Positions 45,343-56,156 of a DNA stretch of 64,000 bases are shown piece by piece (the stretch's first letter is position 1; each line of letters begins with the position of its first letter). Made by a program: the position numbers and the translations under genes. The notes beneath the pieces were generated by a model. It was given only the letters and a program-made list of their open reading frames with translations. It had not been told where the DNA came from and made no database searches. Source of the stretch: Naegleria gruberi (lineage: Eukaryota); the NCBI GenBank assembly GCA_000004985.1, contig GG738863.1; one strand, written 5' to 3'.

Positions 45343-47589
45343 CTAATATTTTGTGCTTTGACATTGGGAAATTCTAATCTTTTGAATATGTGGTAGCATG
45401 GCCAAATTAAGACATTCAATGTTATCATCTGGTAGATTGTTTAGATTGCTAATAATTTCACTAATGCTATTCATATTTTCAGTGAGGAATGAATGGCTGA
45501 AAAGTGAGACCTTTGTCAAATACAGTTTTCTTAGATTCTTCAATGGGTTGAGGTCTATGGAAATGATACCGCCTTTAGCTTGCAAATTTTCCAGCTTTTC
45601 ACATTTTGATAGCATTATAAGTTTCTTCTCTAAATGAATTTCAACCTTTTGTGATCGTGTGAGTTCACTCGTATAAATAGTATTCTCATTCACTAAGGAA
45701 GTGTTTAGAAAGTCTGCAATTTTGTTTGTCTCTGTATTCTCGAATATTGCTGTGGTATAATAAAAAAGATCCTGGTAGTTAGATCTTACAATAACAACTC
45801 TTCCAACTTGTTTAAACTCTTGAATGAGGCTTGTAATTGGTTGGATCATTTCCGTTTCATTTCCTACCCATAAATTAAATTCCAATTCATCTACTGTAGT
45901 ATTTCCAACCTTACCCACAAACGATTTTGCAATAAGAACATCCTCATAAATTACCAATCTTGACACGTGTTTCACATTAAACTGGTTGACTTGTGTGCCC
46001 ACATTAACGTAAATAGTACCACAACTTTCACAATCCAAGTCCAAACTTGGACTTGCCACATCAGAGTAGAGTCCATGTGAGATATGATCAATTCTTTTTT
46101 GATTCATAATCTTTAGACTGGTTGCACCCCTCTCTGTATTTACATATTCCAATGAAGCACAATTATCTATTACAAAAGATGGGCAAGAAGTACTATGGAT
46201 AGCTTTTAACTTGGTCAATCCTGTCAAGGTAATTGGTGAATAAGAGGAAACAGCTAACTTTTCTAGGTTTGGAGTATTTAAGAAATCACTGTTATCAATG
46301 TGGCATGATACATCTCGCAAGCTTAGTAGCTTTTTCTGTCTTTCTGTGATAACAACAGTTGACCTTCTTTGATAACATCCAAGTCTCCATAATTTCGGCA
46401 ACTCTACACCATCAAATGTAGTAAGTCCATCTGAACAAAATATTTCCAAGTGAGGTAGTATAAAATTTGAATCCAACAAAATATTTGCTTGATAGTAGGT
46501 AAGGTACAGTTCTTTCAGATTTGAAAAGTAATGTTTTGAAAAAGCGTACATTAAAGCTTGGTCCTTAACTGATATTGCACTTAGAATAGATACCTTGTCG
46601 TGAACTAGCTCAATTGAGGAATCAAATTTTCTTGTCCAATTTTTAGAATAAGTAGATAGACCACCAAACCTATAAACCCCAACAGATTCTAAATTCTCGA
46701 ATGAATGCATATCACTGAGTGATTCGTATAACATAACTTCTTTTAACTGATTTTTAAATCTCTGAGGCAAAGCTGTTTGAATATCGAGAATGGAACACGT
46801 AAAAATCTCCAAGTGATCCAATTTAAGTTCATCAGAAATTTCAAATTGAGGTACATTTTGATTCTTCGTATTGGTGTGTGATTCCAGCACTGCAAGCTTG
46901 GAAATGTTAGGAAATCTCTCCTCAATAACTTTAAGAACTTCATTCAATTTTTCCAAATTGGAATTGCCAATTGTTAGACTTTGAATTTCAACAGCAACAT
47001 TACTTCCGAATGTATCATGAAACAATTCACAAAATATCTCAATTAAAGCAACCTCAGTTGAATAGAAATATTCCACTCTCTTTTTTACCTTTGAATAAGC
47101 TTGCATATTGGAAAAGTCCTTCCCAACACTCAACTCCATACACGAAATTCCCATCAAGGAATAATCATCAACGCTTGGAACATTAATTCTTTTCGGAGCA
47201 TTTGCCAAAAACTTCATCATATCCAAAGATCGGTCAAAATATCTTCTCCAAAACATTATAAAACTCTCACTCTTTCTAATCAATTCTCTCATGTGTCTAT
47301 TCACACCACATAAAGGTATAATTAAATTTGCTAAATCAAAATAATCAATATCCGATCTGGCTCGTTCCCATCTGTTCCAAGTAGTGTAGCATCCTGACAA
47401 TTCTTTATTTTCAAATTTTGCATTATCGATCGCTTGGAGAGCATGATGATGTTTTTCGAACTTTTCTCCAATGAGAAATTTTAATATTTGCATGAGCAGC
47501 TCATCAGGAAGATCCTCTAATTGTGACATTTTTTTAAACACTTTACAATGATCTATCTTGGAAATGAAATTGATAACCACACCAAACAA
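45343..47589 (-). CDS. F-box domain protein with C-terminal leucine-rich/FNIP-like repeats.
   Basis: N-terminal F-box LEDLPDELLMQILKFL. The remainder is rich in irregular L..L.L repeats. 748 aa. Confidence 0.55.
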   Translation of the reverse strand: MFGVVINFISKIDHCKVFKKMSQLEDLPDELLMQILKFLIGEKFEKHHHALQAIDNAKFENKELSGCYTTWNRWERARSDIDYFDLANLIIPLCGVNRHMRELIRKSESFIMFWRRYFDRSLDMMKFLANAPKRINVPSVDDYSLMGISCMELSVGKDFSNMQAYSKVKKRVEYFYSTEVALIEIFCELFHDTFGSNVAVEIQSLTIGNSNLEKLNEVLKVIEERFPNISKLAVLESHTNTKNQNVPQFEISDELKLDHLEIFTCSILDIQTALPQRFKNQLKEVMLYESLSDMHSFENLESVGVYRFGGLSTYSKNWTRKFDSSIELVHDKVSILSAISVKDQALMYAFSKHYFSNLKELYLTYYQANILLDSNFILPHLEIFCSDGLTTFDGVELPKLWRLGCYQRRSTVVITERQKKLLSLRDVSCHIDNSDFLNTPNLEKLAVSSYSPITLTGLTKLKAIHSTSCPSFVIDNCASLEYVNTERGATSLKIMNQKRIDHISHGLYSDVASPSLDLDCESCGTIYVNVGTQVNQFNVKHVSRLVIYEDVLIAKSFVGKVGNTTVDELEFNLWVGNETEMIQPITSLIQEFKQVGRVVIVRSNYQDLFYYTTAIFENTETNKIADFLNTSLVNENTIYTSELTRSQKVEIHLEKKLIMLSKCEKLENLQAKGGIISIDLNPLKNLRKLYLTKVSLFSHSFLTENMNSISEIISNLNNLPDDNIECLNLAMLPHIQKIRISQCQSTKY

Positions 47590-47683
47590 GTATTGTAATG
47601 TTTATTTCTGTTAAAATTGAATGAGTTGAAATTAATCTAAAAATGGTTGATTTCTATTTTAGGAATTTTTAAAAAACAGTAAA

Positions 47684-49342
47684 ATGAAAAAAATAGCAAG
47701 TCATCTATGCAAACCAAGAGCTGAAATTTTGGTTGGAAGTAAAGCATCAAGAAAATCTTCAAATGGCCTATTCAATGCTTCAAAAGAACAAGTACGAAAC
47801 TTGTTAATGAATGCTCAACACACTGGTAAACAAAACATTTCATTCGAACACAAAATTCTCACAGCAGAAGAAGCCTTGAAGAGTCATATTAAAATGGGAG
47901 ATGTTGTTTTCCTTCATACTGGATGTGCTACTCCAAAGCATTTGATTAAAAACTTTGATTGTCTAATTCCAAAAGTCAAGTGAAACTGCCAAAAGTCATC
48001 ATGAAAAGGTGCAATTGGTTGGGTTGCACATTAGCTATTATCACAACGAACAACCTCCTCATTTGTTGAAAGAGAATTCGGCATATTTTCATACGAATTC
48101 AATGTTTTTTGGTCCTCACGAACGAAAGGCGCTCTACGAATCCGATAGACAAGTAATTGACACTAATTCACCAATTGACTATTTGCCAATCTTCTTGAGT
48201 GAAGCACCATTATTGTTCAAAAGCGGGAAATTCCCAATTGATGTTGCTCTAATTTCAGTTTCTCCACCAGACAGGCATGGATTTTGCTCCCTAGGAGTTT
48301 CAGTTGACATCTCTGCAGCTGCTGTTCAGTGTGCAAAGAGAGTCATTGCCCAAATCAATCCCAACATGCCAAGAACTCACGGAGATGGTTTTATTCATGT
48401 GAATAATGTTGATTGTTTTGTTGAGTTTTCTGAGGAGGTCTGTTTACCTATTGTTTCTCAAATTAAACTCAATAAGGATCAAGAAAATGCTGCAATTTCA
48501 GACAGTTTCAATGTATTGAATCATAGAGGTGGTGTCATTACGCAAACAGATCCTGAAATAGCCCATGTAGATGAAATTCATAGAAGGATTGGAGAATATG
48601 TAGCTGAATTGATTCCAAACAGGGCCTGTATTCAGATGGGAATTGGAGAAATCCCAAATGCAATCTGTTCGTCACTAATTAATCATACAGATTTGGGAAT
48701 TCATACTGAGACAATGTCAGATGGTGTATTGGAATTGTTCAATAGAGGTGTCATTACTAACAAGTACAAGAATGTTCATCCAGGATTATCTGTTTGCTCA
48801 TTCGTGTTGGGTTCTAAGGAAATGTTCGATTTCGTTGATGACAATCCAGAATTTTTATTCAGAACTTCAGACTTTGTGAATGGTAAGTTGAGTGAAAATT
48901 GAACATTTACAAACTTGTGAAAATCAAACTTACAGATGGTGCAGTAATTAAAATGAATAATAACATGATAGCCATCAATAGTGCAATTGAAATTGACTTG
49001 ACAGGTCAAGTATGTGCAGACTCTATTGGTACAAAAATTTATAGTGGAGTAGGAGGTCAATTAGATTTCATGTCTTCATCTGCAAAATCAGAAGGTGGTA
49101 AACCAATCATTGCCATTCCAAGTTGTACTCGTAAGGGAGATTCCAAAATTGTTGGAATGCTTCAAAATGGTGCTGGAGTGGTCACCACAAGAAGTCACAT
49201 TCACTACGTCTGTACAGAGTATGGTATTGCTGAGCTTTATGGAAAGAATATGAGACAACGTGCAAGAGAATTGATAAGAGTTGCTCATCCCAAACATAGG
49301 GATAGACTTATTTCAGAAGCTAAACAATTCTATGGATTATAA
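47684..49342 (+). CDS. Acetyl-CoA hydrolase / CoA-transferase (Ach1/4-hydroxybutyrate-CoA-transferase family). At least three exons: about 47684-47960, about 48011-48882, 48936-49342.
   Basis: Family motifs include VALISVSPPDRHGFCSLGVSVD, IQMGIGEIPNAI and SGVGGQLDFMSSS..GGKPIIAIPS. Intron 2 (48883-48935, GTAAGTTGAG...CTTACAG) was verified in-frame (..FVN|DGAVIKMNNN..). The first donor was not resolved. Confidence 0.75.
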
Positions 49343-49774
49343 TAAAATGAATTATAAAAATAAATAAATATATTGAGCAATTCATGCAAAGTAGTTCTAA
49401 AGCTCTTGATTTTAAATAAATGCTAAATAAACCCTTCAATTTTGTTGGAAACTATCAAATTCCGAATTCAAAAACTTCCGAATTATCAATTTTGAACCTT
49501 TTCACACCATAATCTCACTTTAAATGATCTAAGAATAAACAAATCTTAAATATTTCATGTAGTATCGGGACTTTCCAATTCCGAACCAAAAATAGTTTTC
49601 CGAAACCCAAAAATAAAAATTACCAAATCAAATAAAAAGCACAAATCCATTAAGCACCAAAAAAATTCCCAACAAGAAAAAAACAAGACAATAACAACTT
49701 AGCTACTCTGCTAATAATTATTTGCGCTATATAGTCCGAGTGTACATACAAATCTAAACAATAACAATAACAAA

Positions 49775-52459
49775 ATGAATCCAGATAAATTTACTGATAA
49801 GACAAATCAAACCATTTCCGATGCTTACATGATGGCAAAGGATAGAAAACATATTTTCATATCACCTCTTCATGTTGCTGCTGTGATTTTTAATCCCGAT
49901 GATAAACAATCTTTGGGTTTTTTAGTTTGTAAGAAGGTTTCATCATCACAAAAAACAATTGATTGTAATAAGATTGCAGATGAATTGAAGAATGCTATGA
50001 ATACAAAGATTTCAGTGCAAGATCCACCTGTGGAAGATTTGGCACCAAATAGAAGATTAGTTTCAGTTTTACAAGCTGCTGAAAAGATTAAGGATCAATT
50101 GGATGATCATTTACTTGCAGTGGATCATGTATTACTTGCCTTGATGGATGACAGTGATGTTTCAAACGCAATTCTCAAAGCTACTAATAATCAATTGACT
50201 AAACAAGTGTTGAAAGATACTCTTGCTTTGATTAGAGGTGGTAAAAAGGTTGATTCTAAACAAGCAGAAACTGGCTATGATGCTCTCAATAGATATGGTG
50301 TTAACATGGTAGATATGGCCAGACAAGGAAAATACGATCCATTAATTGGAAGAGACAAAGAACTTGCTCGTATGATTAGAGTTCTTTCAAGAAGAACCAA
50401 GAATAACTGTTGCTTACTTGCTGAGCCTGGTGTTGGTAAATCTGCCTTGGTAGAAGGTTTGGCAATGAGAATTGCAACAGGAGATGTTCCAAAGAATCTC
50501 CAAACTCAATTATATTCACTTGACTTGGGTAGTATGGTTGCTGGTAGTAAATTCAGAGGTGAATTTGAAGAAAGATTGAAGAGTATCCTTAAGGAAGTTG
50601 AAGAATCTGGTGATGTTATTCTCTTCATTGATGAAATTCACACCTTGTCAGGAGCTGGTTCTACTGGTGATAACTCTTTGGATGCTTCCAATATGATTAA
50701 GCCACTCCTTGCAAGAGGTGTATTGAGATTAATTGGTGCAACTACTCCAACTGAATATCGTAAATATATTGAGAAAGACGCCGCCTTGGAAAGAAGATTC
50801 CAACCAGTCTACTTGGCAGAACCTAATGTTCAAGAAACAATTAGTATCTTGAGAGGTCTTAAATCTAGATATGAAGCTCACCACGGTGTAAGAATTCTTG
50901 ATAGTGCAATCGTTGAAGCTGCTAGATTGAGTGCCAGATATATTCAAGGTCGTTACAATCCAGATAAGAGTATTGATTTGATTGATGAAGCATCCGCTAA
51001 CATTAGAGTTCAATTGAATTCCAGACCTGAAATTATTGACACTTTGGAACGTAAGAAACTCCAATTACAAGTTGAAGCAACTGCGCTCGAAAAGGAAAAG
51101 AATTATAGTGATGAAAAGACCAAGCAAAGATTGGAACAAGTCAAGAATGAGATTTCCAAGGTTGACGAAGAACTCAAACCAATCAAGCTTAAATATGAGG
51201 CTGAAACTTCATTGGTCAATGAATTGAGAGAAAAGAATCAAAAACTTGAAAAATTGAAAGCCAAGATGGTTGATGCTGAAGCTAGGTATGACTTGGCATT
51301 GGCCAGTGATTTGAAATATGGTGCAATTCCAGAAATTGAAGAATCAATCCAATCACTCAAGAAGAAGATTGAACAAAAGGAAGAAGACGATAGAAAGAAT
51401 GGTGTGAATAGTGCAAATATGACCAGTGACGTTGTCACACCAGAACAAATCAACGAAGTTATTGCCAGATGGACAGGTATTCCAGTTCAAAGATTGAATG
51501 AAAGTGAAAAGGATAAGGTATTGAAATTGGAAGAAAGATTGATGAAGAGAGTTGTTGGACAAGAAGATGCCATTAAATCCCTCTCTGAATCAATCATTAG
51601 ATCTAAGGCTGGTTTGAGCAATCCAAACAAACCAATTGGTTCCTTCTTATTCTTGGGTTCCTCTGGTGTTGGTAAGACATATCTTGCCAAGTCAATTGCC
51701 TATGAATTATTCGATGACGAAAAGCACATGGTCAGAATTGATATGTCTGAATTGATGGAACAACACAGTGTTTCTCGTTTGATTGGTAGCCCAGCTGGTT
51801 ATGTTGGTTATTCTGATGATAATCAATTGACTGAACCAGTCAGAAGACAACCTTACACAGTTGTATTATTTGATGAAATTGAAAAGGCCCATCCAAGAGT
51901 TCTTAATGTACTCCTTCAATTATTGGATGATGGTAGATTGACTGATGGTCAAGGTAGAACTGTCGATTTCAAGAATACTGTTATCATTATGACTTCTAAT
52001 ATTGGTTCAAAGCACTTCCTCACTATGAATGATAATAACAAGGAAACTGTGAAGAAGCAAGTCATGAATGAAGTAAGACAACACTTTACTCCTGAATTTT
52101 TGAATAGATTGGATGACATTCTCTTCTTTGAACCTCTCACAAGCAAGCACTTGGTTAATGTTGTTAGATTACAAATGGAATCTCTAACAGAAAGATTGAA
52201 AGAAAGAGACATCTCAATTGATATTAGAGATTCTGCTTGTGAGTTGGTTATTTCTGAAGGATTTGATCCAAATTATGGTGCTCGTCCTCTTGCAAGATTT
52301 ATTCAAAAGCACATTGTTACAGAACTCAGCAAACTCATGCTCAAAGGAGAACTCAGAGATGGTTCACAAATTGTCATTCAAGGTGTTGATGGTAAATTCA
52401 AATTTACTGTCTTGGATAATAATGAAGGAGTAAGTAAGTCGAAAAAAGTTAAACATTAA
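49775..52459 (+). CDS. HSP104: Hsp104/ClpB-type AAA+ disaggregase (Hsp100 family), intronless.
   Basis: Two AAA modules: Walker A LLAEPGVGKSALVEGLA and GSSGVGKTYLAKS, sensor and arginine-finger regions, a coiled-coil middle domain, and NRLDDILFFEPL. 894 aa. Confidence 0.95.
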   Translation: MNPDKFTDKTNQTISDAYMMAKDRKHIFISPLHVAAVIFNPDDKQSLGFLVCKKVSSSQKTIDCNKIADELKNAMNTKISVQDPPVEDLAPNRRLVSVLQAAEKIKDQLDDHLLAVDHVLLALMDDSDVSNAILKATNNQLTKQVLKDTLALIRGGKKVDSKQAETGYDALNRYGVNMVDMARQGKYDPLIGRDKELARMIRVLSRRTKNNCCLLAEPGVGKSALVEGLAMRIATGDVPKNLQTQLYSLDLGSMVAGSKFRGEFEERLKSILKEVEESGDVILFIDEIHTLSGAGSTGDNSLDASNMIKPLLARGVLRLIGATTPTEYRKYIEKDAALERRFQPVYLAEPNVQETISILRGLKSRYEAHHGVRILDSAIVEAARLSARYIQGRYNPDKSIDLIDEASANIRVQLNSRPEIIDTLERKKLQLQVEATALEKEKNYSDEKTKQRLEQVKNEISKVDEELKPIKLKYEAETSLVNELREKNQKLEKLKAKMVDAEARYDLALASDLKYGAIPEIEESIQSLKKKIEQKEEDDRKNGVNSANMTSDVVTPEQINEVIARWTGIPVQRLNESEKDKVLKLEERLMKRVVGQEDAIKSLSESIIRSKAGLSNPNKPIGSFLFLGSSGVGKTYLAKSIAYELFDDEKHMVRIDMSELMEQHSVSRLIGSPAGYVGYSDDNQLTEPVRRQPYTVVLFDEIEKAHPRVLNVLLQLLDDGRLTDGQGRTVDFKNTVIIMTSNIGSKHFLTMNDNNKETVKKQVMNEVRQHFTPEFLNRLDDILFFEPLTSKHLVNVVRLQMESLTERLKERDISIDIRDSACELVISEGFDPNYGARPLARFIQKHIVTELSKLMLKGELRDGSQIVIQGVDGKFKFTVLDNNEGVSKSKKVKH

Positions 52460-52602
52460 ATGACCACAGTTGACTAATTAGAAGCGAGTATCCAAAATGT
52501 AAATAAAATAAACTGAACATTAACTTATTGAAAAAGTTTCAAGTTCAATTTCTTCTTAATAAATACTTTATTCACAATTTTTACAATCTTGCATTCAACA
52601 AC

Positions 52603-53187
52603 CTAGTTTTGTTTCTTTTCAGTATTACCATGAACATGTCTAGTCAAAACACCATATCCCCACATGACAGTCAAAGCAGGGAAGATGATCCAAACAAATG
52701 ATGGAATAAAGTACAAACTAATCCAAGTTGGCCAATCATTGTGTCCAGTAAATTCAAATCCATCACAGATATCAACCAAAAAGTATAAAATTGTCTTGGA
52801 ACAACTCATGATTGAACCTAACAAGATGAGTGAAAATCCACAGAATGACTTTCTGCTCAACAATCCAATAATAATCAATAAAATTTCCAAAAAGTTAACA
52901 AGGGTCTGAGCAATAACAAAGCCATTTTGCAATTCACCATACGATTTGTCTACTTGAATATACAAATCATCTATTCATTAACATCATCAGATCGGAAAGA
53001 TAACAAATATTCAATAATGACAATACTTTTCAAAGTTCTACTTACAAGGAGCGAAAATAGCAAAGAAATCTCCACCCTTCATAGATCTAGGTCTCAACAT
53101 GACAAAGGCAGCATCCCAAGTTTGCAAAGCAATTTGGATCACGAGCCACAATGAAATCCACAATGGATAATCAACTTTGAACGACAT
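52603..53187 (-). CDS. Small four-pass membrane protein, EXPERA-domain-like (EBP/TMEM97 sigma-2-receptor family). Two exons: 53047-53187 and 52603-52970.
   Basis: Exon 1 is MSFKVDYPLWISLWLVIQIALQTWDAAFVMLRPRS...FAIFAP|GTAAGT, joined via AATAG to YDLYIQVDKSYGELQNGFVIAQTLVNFLEILLII.... Hydropathy and size (about 170 aa) fit EXPERA. Sequence similarity is only modest. Confidence 0.4.
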
Positions 53188-53495
53188 TTTTTTTGTTTGT
53201 GTTATATTGCAAAGCAATTCGTTCTGCGAATCTTTGTTTAAGAAAGTGTTGATGGAGTTGCGATCGGCACTGACAATGGATGTCGAAATTGGAGGAATAG
53301 TTTACAACAATAGAATGAAAAGTTTTTGAATGTTTCTATTGGTTGAAAAAATCGTCGTTGGACCCATCTTGGAAAATATGGTCCAAGAGTGGAAAGTGGG
53401 TATTGATTTTGTAAAAATATAAAATATCTAAATATTTTAGCATCTACAGAGATTATTTAAAAAAAATTATTAATATTTAATACGCCTCTCAAAAC

Positions 53496-55814
53496 TTAGT
53501 ATTTCTTTTTTGCGAATCTGAACTTTCTCTTTTCAGATTCTTGAACTAATTCCTCAAATGTCATAAGCTTCTCCTTCTTTGAAATTAGTTGAATAACATC
53601 CCCAGATTGGATATCCTTGTAGTGATCCAATGAAATACCACAATCAGAACCCTTCTTCACTTCTTTAACTTGGTCCTTAAAGTGGAACAATGAATTGATT
53701 GCAGTCTTTTCAAGACTAGTAGCACCATCTCTAATAACTCTGTAAAAATCTCCCTTTTCAACCTTTGCCAAAATTGAACCTTTGGTAACAGCACAACCAG
53801 CAATATTGATAAGACTCTTTTTTCCTGATGAAGATTTGTCTTGGAATGTGAATGGCTCTTTACAGATAGCTTCTCCAATAACTACATCCTCGTACACTGG
53901 TGGAATTAATTTTGTTAATTCCAATTTCAAATAATCAATCAAGTGATAAATAACCTTAAATTGAGCAATATTAATATTGTTAGATTTGGCATCAATTGAA
54001 ATATTTGGAGCAACTTTAGCATTCATAGCAATAATTTGAGTTCCTTCAACAACCTTTGCAAGTTGAATATCAGCTGTCGATACTGGACCAACAGTTTGTT
54101 TGATAATTTGAATTTGAGCAATTTCAGTTGGGAAGGATGAAATAATTTCAGAAAAAGCGTCAATAGTACCAACAACATCAGTCTTCAAAATAATTGGTAA
54201 AATATACTTCTTCTCCTCTTCAACTTTTTCTTCTTGAGCCTTTTCACCTTCAACTCCTTCAGTTAAACTTGCTCTCTTTTCCATTTCAATCATTTTTTCT
54301 TCAAACTTCTTTGCCTTCTTGTCTTCAGCCTCAATAGACATGCACTCGATTCTATATTCAACGATTCTCTTTGCTGTTTCTTCAGAATCAACCTCGATAA
54401 CTTTATCTCCAGCCTTTGGCATACTGTTAAAACCAACAATTTCCACTGGATCGGCTGGATTTGCAACCTTAACTTCCTTCAAATTCGGATCTCTCAAACT
54501 CTTAACTTTACCATAGGCAAGACCAGAAACTACCCATTTACCAACCTTCAGTGCACCTCTACGAACAATACAGGTTGCTGAAATACCAAATCCGTGCAAC
54601 ACCTTACATTCAATAACTGTACCTTGCATTGGAACATTGTCAACCATTGCCTTCAATTCCAACATTTCAGCTTGCAAACCAATTGCTTCAATAAGATCCT
54701 TGAGACCTTTTCCTTTGAGAGCAGAAATTGGAATAAATTGAGTATCTCCTCCCTTTTCTTCAGAAACAATTCCTTCATTCATCAAGTGTCTTTCGACCAT
54801 TTCCACATCAGCATTAGGTTTATCAATCTTGTTAATGGCAACAATCATTGGAACGTTGGCTTCTCTTGCATGTTTAATAACTTCCCTAGTTTGAGGCATT
54901 ACACCATCATCAGCAGCAACTACAAGTACAATGATATCTGTAACTTGAGCTCCACAAGATCTCATTGAAGTAAAAGCCTCATGGCCAGGTGTATCGATAA
55001 ATGTGATTGGTTTGGCAACTGATTCTAACTTGACTTGGAAGGCACCAATATGTTGTGTAATACCTCCGAATTCCTTATCAACAAGATTAGTATTTCTCAA
55101 TTTATCGAGAAGTGTTGTTTTACCATGATCGACGTGACCCATAATTGTGACAACAGGTGCCTTTGGTTTAAAAAGCTTGGCATATTCCTTCTCAGACTTT
55201 TTCATTTCACTTGCTGATGGTGGTGAATTATCTTCAAGTTTTGCCAATAATTTCAAATCTGATTCTGATAGAATTTTAGGTTTTGTTCGGATAGGTATTG
55301 ATTTTAAATGTTCCAAACACATATTTTCAATTGTATCAATAGATATCACATCTTCCATAGTATATCCTTTAGGTAAATGTTTAATAATTTCATGGGGAGA
55401 TATATCTAATTTTTGTGCCAACTCTCTTGCACTCATAGGAGCTTTTAACTCGAATTCAATATAGGTTTTTCTTGTACGGAAGAATACTTCTTCATCATCC
55501 TCGGATCCCTTTCTTTTTTTATATGATTTCTTCTTTTCTTCGTTATTTTGAATTGAACAAGTATGATAATTCATCACCCTTTGTTGCATTAATTTGCTTT
55601 TTAATAGTTCTTGTTGAATAAATAATTTTAAAGCCCTTTGGGACATTCCGTTACCCAAAACAACGTGATGATGACGATAATTATTCCCACCCAAACTAGT
55701 TGTATTGCTACTGTTGATCATTTGATGTTGTTGTTGTTGCTGATTGGTCAACAGCCAATTCCACGTAGAGCGAACAATTTGTTGTTTGTGTTGGCTTCTC
55801 ATTTTTTTATTCAA
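53496..55814 (-). CDS. Translation initiation factor IF-2, bacterial type (mitochondrial), with an N-terminal extension.
   Basis: VTIMGHVDHGKTTLLDKLR...GGITQHIGAF...FIDTPGHEAFTSMRSCGAQVTDIIVLVVAADDGVMPQT...AINKIDKP matches bacterial IF2 nearly residue for residue, rather than eIF5B. The Q-rich N-terminus is consistent with an organellar-targeted nuclear gene. Confidence 0.85.
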   Translation of the reverse strand: MNKKMRSQHKQQIVRSTWNWLLTNQQQQQHQMINSSNTTSLGGNNYRHHHVVLGNGMSQRALKLFIQQELLKSKLMQQRVMNYHTCSIQNNEEKKKSYKKRKGSEDDEEVFFRTRKTYIEFELKAPMSARELAQKLDISPHEIIKHLPKGYTMEDVISIDTIENMCLEHLKSIPIRTKPKILSESDLKLLAKLEDNSPPSASEMKKSEKEYAKLFKPKAPVVTIMGHVDHGKTTLLDKLRNTNLVDKEFGGITQHIGAFQVKLESVAKPITFIDTPGHEAFTSMRSCGAQVTDIIVLVVAADDGVMPQTREVIKHAREANVPMIVAINKIDKPNADVEMVERHLMNEGIVSEEKGGDTQFIPISALKGKGLKDLIEAIGLQAEMLELKAMVDNVPMQGTVIECKVLHGFGISATCIVRRGALKVGKWVVSGLAYGKVKSLRDPNLKEVKVANPADPVEIVGFNSMPKAGDKVIEVDSEETAKRIVEYRIECMSIEAEDKKAKKFEEKMIEMEKRASLTEGVEGEKAQEEKVEEEKKYILPIILKTDVVGTIDAFSEIISSFPTEIAQIQIIKQTVGPVSTADIQLAKVVEGTQIIAMNAKVAPNISIDAKSNNINIAQFKVIYHLIDYLKLELTKLIPPVYEDVVIGEAICKEPFTFQDKSSSGKKSLINIAGCAVTKGSILAKVEKGDFYRVIRDGATSLEKTAINSLFHFKDQVKEVKKGSDCGISLDHYKDIQSGDVIQLISKKEKLMTFEELVQESEKRKFRFAKKKY

Positions 55815-56156
55815 ATTTATTCAATCAACTTTTTATTGAACAGAAAATTAAATAGCAGCTTGATGAAGCTGTTGTTGTGCGATGAAGAGGATAAATACTA
55901 AATGTTTTTAAAGATTCGTTTAAATTGAATAAAAAACTATTAATAACGTAATTGTTTCTGTTTGATTGAATAAGTCCTCAAGCAAAAAAGAAGCTAAATA
56001 TCTAGCCGTTACATTTAATTTAAAAAAAATAAACAAGCAGCTTGATGATATCAACATAGTGTTTTTATTTCTGTATCGATAGATAGTCCTGAAGGTTTTA
56101 GATTTTTAATATCTATTACAATTTTATGATAATTAAACGTTAACTACCTTCAAAAA

